From Thraustochytrium aureum (Eukaryota), in the NCBI GenBank assembly GCA_012862495.1, contig BLSG01000387.1:62001-116044 (forward strand): a DNA stretch of 54,044 bases. The letters are read 5' to 3'. Below the pieces are notes generated by a model. The model did no database searches. It was not told the origin of the DNA and was given only the letters and a program-made list of their open reading frames with translations. Numbering within the stretch: the first letter of the stretch is position 1; every line of letters starts with the position of its first letter. Positions 45,363 to 54,044 of this stretch are shown piece after piece. Position numbers and translations under genes: made by a program.

Positions 45363-47256
45363 GGTGCTCCAAACCGCGCGATCGCGTTGCCCGGACGGAC
45401 GTGCTCCGCTCGCGCCCCGGGCGAGAGGAAGCTGCGCAGGTGACTGCAACGCTAGTTTGCGCGGATGAATTCTGCGCCAACATGCTCGGGTATGTTCTAT
45501 GTTGAGGNNNNNNNNNNNNNNNNNNNNNNNNNNNNNNNNNNNNNNNNNNNNNNNNNNNNNNNNNNNNNNNNNNNNNNNNNNNNNNNNNNNNNNNNNNNNN
45601 NNNNNNNNNNNNNNNNNNNNNNNNNNNNNNNNNNNNNNNNNNNNNNNNNNNNNNNNNNNNNNNNNNNNNNNNNNNNNNNNNNNNNNNNNNNNNNNNNNNN
45701 NNNNNNNNNNNNNNNNNNNNNNNNNNNNNNNNNNNNNNNNNNNNNNNNNNNNNNNNNNNNNNNNNNNNNNNNNNNNNNNNNNNNNNNNNNNNNNNNNNNN
45801 NNNNNNNNNNNNNNNNNNNNNNNNNNNNNNNNNNNNNNNNNNNNNNNNNNNNNNNNNNNNNNNNNNNNNNNNNNNNNNNNNNNNNNNNNNNNNNNNNNNN
45901 NNNNNNNNNNNNNNNNNNNNNNNNNNNNNNNNNNNNNNNNNNNNNNNNNNNNNNNNNNNNNNNNNNNNNNNNNNNNNNNNNNNNNNNNNNNNNNNNNNNN
46001 NNNNNNNNNNNNNNNNNNNNNNNNNNNNNNNNNNNNNNNNNNNNNNNNNNNNNNNNNNNNNNNNNNNNNNNNNNNNNNNNNNNNNNNNNNNNNNNNNNNN
46101 NNNNNNNNNNNNNNNNNNNNNNNNNNNNNNNNNNNNNNNNNNNNNNNNNNNNNNNNNNNNNNNNNNNNNNNNNNNNNNNNNNNNNNNNNNNNNNNNNNNN
46201 NNNNNNNNNNNNNNNNNNNNNNNNNNNNNNNNNNNNNNNNNNNNNNNNNNNNNNNNNNNNNNNNNNNNNNNNNNNNNNNNNNNNNNNNNNNNNNNNNNNN
46301 NNNNNNNNNNNNNNNNNNNNNNNNNNNNNNNNNNNNNNNNNNNNNNNNNNNNNNNNNNNNNNNNNNNNNNNNNNNNNNNNNNNNNNNNCTCTCTCGTCCC
46401 TTCGCCGAGCGCTCGGCTCTTTGTCAGACTGCGTTTCGTTGAGGGTTTGACGCTCGGCAGGATGGTAGAGCCTCAATTTGATCATGGTGGCGTGCGTCCG
46501 ACTGGTTTTCCGACCCACTCGAACGTGCAGCGGGCACACCCCAAGCAGCTCGAACAAGCCCAACCGAGGGATAGCTGAGCTTGCCTCATCGCCCAGGCCA
46601 AACCACGTTGTGAAGACGACTCGTGCGCTGGACCAGCCGCGGCCACCACGGCACTGGCCCGCCCACGTGCGCTGACTGCGCTGCGGTAATCGGCGCATCG
46701 GCTGCGCCAGCGGGCACCAAGCACGTCCTGCGCTCCACTCGTACTCGTCGGCTGTTTTGCGCATAAACCTAATTAGTTATCAAACTAAACCGAGTCTTTC
46801 CCCGATACCTGCCTTGCGCCGGATCGATCACTCTGTTCTGGCGCTGAGCAAGGCGCAGCTCCGAACCCCGAACGAACAAGCCTCGGCGCTGTGCGGCGCA
46901 ATGCGAGTTGTGCGAAGCGAAGGTAGAGTACCTAGCTCTCCGCGTCTTGCGTGCTCCGCACATGAGCGCCCGACTTGCTGATTGATGACCCGTGACCGAC
47001 ACGGCTGCGCGCTGGCACATGATCCATCCATCCATCCATCCATCAAGCAATCGCAAGGCGCTGACTCAAAAGCTAGAGTTGTTGGGGATTGCTGGGGAGT
47101 ATTTTCCAACGCGTTCTCGACCCGCAGCGAGACCCGCCGGAGTTGTTTGTGGCTGACGGCCGTCGTTCACCCACTGGCACTTCCACGCCACCAGGAGGAC
47201 GCCTTCCCCACTTCAAGTTGGTCCAACGTTGCGCAGCTGGGCTGGTGTTGGGATAG

Positions 47257-47315
47257 GCTGGGTTAGGTTGTTGTCTAGGGCTGGGTTAGGTTGTTGCCTA
47301 GGGGCTGGGTTGGGG
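47257..47315 (+). repeat. G-rich ~22-bp tandem repeat
   Basis: GGCTGGGTTAGGTTGTTG(T/C)CTAG x2 plus a partial copy. Confidence 0.8.
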
Positions 47316-47524
47316 CGGCCAGCGGAGTGAGTCACTCGGAGACGAACGAACGCGCATTGGCGCTGGGCGGAGGCAGGAGTGGCGGCCAGGAGGCTGGGTG
47401 AAAGGAAGGCGCTTGCGCGAGGGATCGCCGTTCGTTTGCCTCGAGTGCCGGGCCTGGATTGCGTTGCTGCTGCTGTCTCTGTTGTTGTTTGTTGTTATTT
47501 GTTGTTGTTTGTTGTTGGCGCGGG

Positions 47525-48298
47525 ATGGACAGGCCGCCGGCGGTCAAGGCCGTTGTGGTCAGCGTGGCCGCTGCCGTCGGGGTAGGCGTGCTCGCGTACC
47601 TGCGGTGGGTCAGGCGCAAGAATGTGCTGATGGGGTTCGATGTGGCCGCGAGGTTCAGAGGGTGCGGCGGGCTGAGGAATACGTTTTTCTTGGTTCGCCA
47701 CGGACAGAGCGAAGCCAATGTCGCCGGGATTATCTCGAGCGATCCGGCTGTGGGGACCGTGCGGCACAGCATCACGGCGCGCGGCGAGCAGCAGGCGAAG
47801 CGCGCCGGTGAACGAATTGCAGCTCTGTGCGCTGAAGCCGGGGTGGGGCGGGCACAGCTCGGCGAGAAAGTCAAGATTTTCTGCTCTGACTTTTTGCGGA
47901 CGCGGAAAACGGCAGCGGCCGTGGCCGCAGAGCTCGGGATCGAGGCGAGGAAGATCACACCGCAGCTACGGCTGCGGGAGCGCTACTTTGGGTCGCTGGA
48001 CGGCACGTCTGACGCAAACTACAACGAGGTGTGGAAATTTGACAAGGACTCGGTATTGCACGAGGAGTACGGGTGCGAGAGCGTCGCGTCTGTCGTACGC
48101 CGGGCAGGCAACCTCGTCCTCGACCTCGACCGCCAGTTTGAAGGCTCGGTTATCGTGCTAGTCGCGCACGGCGATGTGTTGCAAATCTTGCGTTCTGCGT
48201 TTGAAGGGCAGTTCCCACCAGCTTTGCATCGCTTCGGCGAGGGCCTGCAGACCGGATCGGTCACGCAGCTCCGAGTAACCGGCTACTGCGATGCGTGA
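47525..48298 (+). CDS. Histidine phosphatase / phosphoglycerate mutase family protein with N-terminal anchor
   Basis: LVRHGQS, SDFLRTRKTA, LRERYFG, ESVASV and VAHGD motifs; N-terminal hydrophobic helix. Confidence 0.93.
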   Translation: MDRPPAVKAVVVSVAAAVGVGVLAYLRWVRRKNVLMGFDVAARFRGCGGLRNTFFLVRHGQSEANVAGIISSDPAVGTVRHSITARGEQQAKRAGERIAALCAEAGVGRAQLGEKVKIFCSDFLRTRKTAAAVAAELGIEARKITPQLRLRERYFGSLDGTSDANYNEVWKFDKDSVLHEEYGCESVASVVRRAGNLVLDLDRQFEGSVIVLVAHGDVLQILRSAFEGQFPPALHRFGEGLQTGSVTQLRVTGYCDA

Positions 48299-48415
48299 GA
48301 CGGCTGTCGCAGCTGGCCTAGTTCCAGTGGAGACCCTACCGCTGCCGATGGAGCGGACACGCGAGGGCGGGTTTTCGAATTGCGAGTGCTGCCACCTCCT
48401 CCGAGCGGCCGGCTC

Positions 48416-50486
48416 ATGGGGCGCTTTGCGGCGGCGAGCGGCCGGCTCACGGGGCGCTTTGCGGCGGCGAACGCGTCGCCACAACGCCGCGCGCAAAAGG
48501 TAGTACATGGATGGCAAGGGGAAGGGCCGCATGCAGACGATGGACGCGCTCAGCTTCGTCCGACCCCAACGGCACCCTAACACATTCTCCTCCTCATTTC
48601 TTGTCAGCTCTCAGCCTGGTCCAGAACAGACTCGGGAGCGACAGCGAGTGCGAGCGCGCTGCAGGGCGGCATTCCGGCGGCTCGGCGCGGTGCAAACAAA
48701 CGCGGCTGGAGGCCTCGGAGTCTGTGTGATCGGGCAGCGAACTTGCAGGCGGGCGCCATGCATTCAGCGCCCCAGCTCGCTGGCAAAGGAGGCTTCGTCA
48801 CGGCGGCCGGAACCGCCAACGCGAGTGGAGCTCCTCTGCCCACGCTGCTGTCAGAGTCTGAGGACGAGTCCGACGCGACGCAAGCAGATGACAACTACGT
48901 TGAACCGTGGGAGTTAGTTCCTGGCAGACTCCACCTCGCAGCATTCGCCAAGGCCATCGTCGAGCCGGTTTGCATGGCAACGCGGCGCCGAGAGCGAGAG
49001 CAGCGCCTCGATGACCGGAACTACAGGCCGCGGCACTCCACAGGGCTCGTCCGCGAAGGCAAGCGGAGGAGGCGCAACTCAACATCTAAAGCAAAGAGCC
49101 GCGCTTCCCGGCGCTCGACGGTTGTCGAAGCCGCATCGTCCGCTTACGGCGCCTCCATGCCGGCGGCGCCGTCGCCAAAAGCTAGGTTGCGCCGCCGGAG
49201 CGAGGTAAACGAAGACCAACTGGCGCAGGCATTGTCCGAGTCGGGCTCTGACAGCGACGGCCCCGCCTTTGAAAAAGATGAGCAAGGCTTCCAAAACGGC
49301 GAGGAGGTCGACTCGACTTACCTCACCATAGCGCCAAGCGTGATTAGCTTGAAGGGACTCAAGACCATTCACAAAGAGAGCGCGTCGAGCATCTATACGC
49401 TCGCACGCAAGTGCGCTCCGCCTCCTGGCGAAGGCGCTCTCTGGCTCTGGACGCGTGTGGCGCTACCGTCCAGCACGCCTGGCGCCCACGTGCTCCAAAT
49501 CTACGTAGACGAGCACTTTCACGGAGCACCCTGGCGGTTGCTGACATCTGCCGCGGAGGAAGGGAGGCTGGCACTGGCAGCGCCACCCTCTCCCTCTTGC
49601 AGTCGACCCGCTCGTCGAGGACGAGTTTGTAACCCTCCGTGTCTCGTTTTGCTCCATGGAACTCAAGCTGAGCGCGATCTGGCTCACTGAAGACGAGGCC
49701 CGGCGGCCGCCTCACTCGCCGCCTCAATTCCATGTCCCTTTGCATGTGATCCACGCACTACCAAATCGAGGACTCGCGACGTTTCACCAAGAGCGTCCGT
49801 GGACGGCGCACCGTGTGGCCGACACGCTGGCGGCTCGCGAGGCGTTGCGCGACTACAAGCGGTACATCTTGGCTTCAAGCGACCAGGGCAGCTTTCGCGG
49901 ATTTAGACGCAAGAAGCGGGACAAGAACGTTGAGCAAAAGGCGCCGAGCTTGTTCTGCCCCGTCGACGGAGTGGTCGCCCTCCGGCTCCCGCGACCCTCA
50001 ACCCCAACGAGTAGCGACGAGGAGACCGATAGCGAGACCGAAGAGAAGGACAACGAGACGACGAGCGCCCGCGAGGCGGACGGCGTCGGCGACAGCCAAA
50101 TCGTTCAGCAAGAGTGCAGCCCAGGTCCAGCTGAGCAAGTCGCGGTTGACGAATGCGGTGGTCCTGAGCCCGCGCGGAGATCAACAAGGGCTCACTGGAA
50201 GGCCCTCTTTGACGACGTCGTGCAGATTCTCGCGGCGGCTGACAGAGCTCAAGTCGACCGTCGCTTCGACCAAAGCCGTCGCCTACCGGTCCAAGTCGAG
50301 GTGCTGCACAAACACGTGGAGGAGCAGGCGGCCGCACCGCTTGCTACCGAGACCCTAGCGGCCCTGCACGAGCGTGCAGCGCGGCAGCAAGCAGCCTTTG
50401 CGAAGGACTTTAGGTCCGCAGTCGTTTACGGGACAGTCCAGGACAACTTTCAAGCTGTGCGAAACACAAACGAATATTCCAGCTAG
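48416..50486 (+). CDS. Hypothetical protein (intron 48500-48607; one homopolymer frameshift)
   Basis: Exon 48416-48499, then GTAGTA donor, CTAAC branch, pyrimidine tract and CAG acceptor, in frame with ORF 48743. Removing one C at 49592-49594 joins ORF 49656..50486. Confidence 0.6.
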
Positions 50487-50495
50487 AGCGTGCGG

Positions 50496-53400
50496 TCATC
50501 GGTCCGCTTGGTTGCCCTCAAGAGCGCGACGCGAGCTTCGCCGGCCGCCGCGCCGCCGCCGCGACTTGCTCTCTACCGCAGCTTTCCGGTTCACAGCTGC
50601 GACGCTGCCAGGCAAAGCGCTGGGGAGTGACGGCGCTGCTCGGCTAGGCTTTGAAGCTCCTCCAATGCCGCGCCGTCGGCTACGACGCTCACAGCCGGTC
50701 TTGCTGGTCGCAGGACTAACGCATCCGCCGTCCTCTTCGCGCGCCTCTTCCTCGCGCTCGTCGCTGCAGACGTGCGGAGACGCTGCCTCCTCAGCCAGCG
50801 GCTGCAAGACGCTGGCGCCGTCACTTGCGAGGTTCAGGAATCGGTCAGGGTGCACGGCCTCGAGTTCGCGCAGCACGGCGCTGACCTCGATCCTCGCTGG
50901 GTCCACGAGGTCCCAGATCGCCCGCCCAATGTCGCGTCCGACTGCCTCGAGGTCAGAGATGCCAAAATGGCTCTCCGAATTGCCGCACATTGACGCCTCC
51001 AGCGTAAAGCTGTTGGGGACGCGGAGGTCGCGCCACACGGCAACGCGGGCGCAACTCGACTTGCTCTTGAGGACCTTGAACTGGCAGCCCTCCAGGTTGA
51101 ACACGGTGCTGTCAGCGACGCGTGCTACGAGGCGCGGGAAAACGCGCTCTGCGCAGCCGAAACGCTTGGCGTCTTCGCACCCGTACAAGAATGTGCAGGG
51201 CTTGCGGCTGTGGCCGTGGATGTCAACAAAGAGCCGCAGCCCGCCAGGGACCTCTCGGGCGACTTGCTCCATAAGCCGACGGAGGTGGAACACTGTTGGG
51301 GCCTGGTCCTCCGTCGGCCGCGACCATTGCCGGTTCAGGTCGACGCCGGCCAAATTGCAACGATTGTTGCCGACCATGACCCCATCTGGGTTCAGCATTG
51401 GCACGGCGCGAATAACTGCGTGGCGGCGAATGCTGTCTGCAACTGGGTCGCTCCCAACCAAAAACTCGAGCAATCCTCGCATGATCCAACTTGCGTTGCT
51501 CTCCCCGGGGTGAACACGAGCCGAGAGAAAGACCGCTGCGCGAGCGTCGAGCGCGCCGCCGCCGCCGCCGCCTACTGTGGGGCTGCTTGAAGCTGCGTCG
51601 ACGCCATCGCAAGTCGCCGTCTGTAGCGGTGCGTGCTCTCGCGATTCTGCCGGCGCGGCGGGCTTGGCGGGTGCGACCTCAAAGTCGGTGATGGTGAGCA
51701 GCGGGCACGCGTTCCCGCCAAGCGTGCGGCACAGAACGGTCTGCCGCACGCACTCGCGAGTTTGCCGCAAGCAAGCCAGGTCGCGGAGCAGGTTCCTGTA
51801 TGTGTAGGGAAAGCAGTACGCAAAGTAGTGCATGTCGCCGGGAGAAGGCTTGCGGAATGCCTCAGGCAGGACCACGGTCATGACTGCCGAGAAGCAGGGT
51901 ATCGACTTGCGGTTGTGGAGCTCGGTGCTGGCCTGTTTCTCGAACGGGTTGCTCACGTACGCAATGTCGGTGCCGGTCCGAATCCAGCCCACTCCGAGCT
52001 CGCGCGCAGAACGCGGACAAAACACAAGGGGCCGCATGCCCTGATTGAAAAGTGAGTCCGGTTTCTCCAAGTTGCAAATGTTGAACTGGTATGCGACGCC
52101 GGGCTCCAAGCCAGCGACGCCAAAGTAGAACCACTGCACTTGACCAGACGCGTTCGTGTCGGAGCTCAGCAGCAGGCTGTACTCATGGGGGCCGATCCTG
52201 TCCGCCCGGCCTAGGTTGCCGCTTTCAAACCGGGACTCGAAACGCAGCGCGCCAGGAGCGGCGTCTGGCTTTGGGATTGCTTCGGGCAGTTCTGGTTGGC
52301 CGCCGGATCCGGGCGCCCCGAAATCAAGCTGTGCCTGGTACACGCACTCGGCCTTGAACCTGCGCGCGGCCCGCTGGGACTCCACCAACCGGAGAAGAAT
52401 GTTGGCTTGCGCAGCTTCGTCGATCCCGGCAGGCTTACCAAGCGGCTCGCGGCGCGAGCCTCGGACAGCAGCCGCAGACAGCTCCCCTGCCCGTCGGCAA
52501 ATCGCTTTCGCTGATGGCGCAAGCCCTTATCGCCTGAACGGAAACTGTGGCACAAAGCTGTTCCCCAGCTTCGGAGCCCACCAATCCACCGCCCGGTCCG
52601 ATTCGACCGTGTGGGACCGTGGCGAGCTGGTTCATATCTTTAACGATGGCTGGGACCGACCTAAGCCAGTTCAGCTTCCACAAAAGCTTGCAGATTCTCA
52701 CCACCACCGCATCTCTTGACAAGTGCTGCGCGGCGAGTGGGAAGAGGCGGTCCAGCGCCTTGTCTTGCGCAAGAAAGTCGCGGCTCGCACGCTCCTCGCA
52801 AACTCGCGCGAGCACAAGCACAGCCTTGCCGACAAGATCACCGTTTTCGCTATGCGAGGTAGCGGCTGAGAGTGCCAGCCGCGCAGCGCCAGCTTGCGAA
52901 ATATACGTACAGTGCCTCTCGCCGCGCGATGAGAGCGAAACAAGCAGAGCAAGAGCTGCCGAGCACGTGGCGCGATCGCCGGCGTGCCGCTTGCATTGCG
53001 CCAGGACCCGACCGAGAGACTCGCTCCGAACCGCGCAGTCGCTGTTGGCAGCGTTGTTCCGGCAGTAAATGTGAACAAGGCGGATTGCAGTTGATAGCAC
53101 GTGCGGATCCATGACCGCACCGCAGGCGCTCAGGAGGGACTTGACGCCTTCGAACTGCTTGGCCACCACGCCTTGGGGCCGCTCATGCTCGCTAATACAA
53201 ATGAGCACCTCGCAGACCGATTTGAAAGCCGCAGGGCACCTGCTGAGCGAGGACTTCAGGAGGACCAGAAACGGCTTGCTGCCGCACGCCTGGCAGAGAG
53301 AAGCAGCAGAGGCACGGTCGCCGCGAACGAGCAGCGATAGCGCTTGGCAAGAAGCGGCGATCACCTGCTTGCTTTCGGCCATGTTGACAGTTCCCGAGTG

Positions 53401-53670
53401 CCGCGACACGAGGCTGGCCAGAGCCTCAGCAGCCTTGCGTTTCGCGAGCATGCTCTTGAGTCGGCCGGCCTCTTCCGAGCTAAGGCCGCGGATCATGCTA
53501 GTCAGGGATGCCAAGACCGAGCTTCCAGCTTCGCTCGTGAGCCCTGCCACAGACTCGTGCGCGACGATTGCGGGGCTTCGCTCCGCATCCATTCTTGTTG
53601 ACCCTCTTCCCTTCGTCCATGTCAACGCCCGCGATGCGACCTCCGCTCCCTCGCCAGACGCCGCTCGCAT
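50496..53670 (-). CDS. Cytosolic carboxypeptidase (CCP1/Nna1/AGTPBP1-like tubulin deglutamylase) with N-terminal ARM-like repeats
   Basis: FESRFESGNL, QWFYF, YCFPYTY, ARVHPGESNAS, NPDG, DLNRQW, DIHGHS and FTLEAS. The ARM-like ORF 52435..53670 joins by a single frameshift near 52484-52487. Confidence 0.9.
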
Positions 53671-53832
53671 GCCGCGCCAGCTTCAAAGGCCCGTCGCCGC
53701 CCTTGCCCTCTCACGCGACCCACCGGCGGAGCCAATGATGCGGCCGCAGCCTGACCACAGCTGTCAGCAGCAGGAGCACGCAGCGCCCGGCTGACTCGAT
53801 GTTCGACGTTCTTGATCAAATGCTGAGCTCAC

Positions 53833-54044
53833 AGCGCAACGCAGCGCAACGCAACGCAGCGCAGCACGATGCAACGCACGCCAACGCGACGCAGCGCAGT
53901 GCAACGCACAGCGACGAGCGAGGTGCAACGCAAGGCGACGAGCAACAACACAAAGCGACGCGATGTACTGCAAGCCGACCTAACGCATGCCGACCCAACC
54001 AACGCAAGCCGACACGACGGAAACGCAATGCGACGCAACGCAAT
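53833..54044. repeat. Degenerate pentamer microsatellite (ACGCA/GCGCA)n
   Basis: gcgcaacgcagcgcaacgcaacgcagcgcag... continuing to the window end. Confidence 0.85.

Noticed and set aside
52370..52440. GTAAG intron joining the two CCP ORFs
   Set aside because: The CCCAG acceptor tested (65-nt intron) does not restore frame; a 1-bp indel does.
310..52487. Genome-wide programmed ribosomal frameshifting (Euplotes-like)
   Set aside because: Shifts go in both directions, at A/T/C/G runs, with no common stop-linked motif; sequencing error is more parsimonious.

Overview
GC-rich, intron-poor eukaryotic genomic scaffold with many N-gaps. Gene content and style suggest a heterotrophic stramenopile, probably a thraustochytrid/labyrinthulomycete (inference). 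About 22 protein-coding genes can be supported: a MoeA/gephyrin-E N-terminus running off the left edge, a small type-I membrane protein, a large beta-rich secreted protein with Cys-rich modules, DOMON+cytochrome b561, a peroxisomal enoyl-CoA isomerase (SKL), an NHX Na+/H+ exchanger, a coiled-coil/PH/DnaJ/PH protein, an M12B-type metalloprotease with a PA domain, Beclin/ATG6, an ACSBG-like acyl-CoA synthetase, an actinobacterial-type conserved protein, ORC2 (2 introns), a GAF-GAF-PDE, an F-box-like/RCC1 protein, a NIPA Mg transporter, two tandem EGF-7TM paralogs, a histidine phosphatase, a CCP1-like tubulin deglutamylase and hypotheticals. At least 8 apparent frameshifts lie in short homopolymers and look like sequencing indels; they hide genes, signal peptides and catalytic residues from the ORF track. 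No rRNA, tRNA, CRISPR or transposase was seen. The most interesting items are the EGF-7TM receptor pair, the repeat-bracketed beta-helix-like surface protein, and an AT-richer ~42-bp repeat element bounded by a 14-bp direct repeat. None of these can be shown to be a new system from sequence alone.
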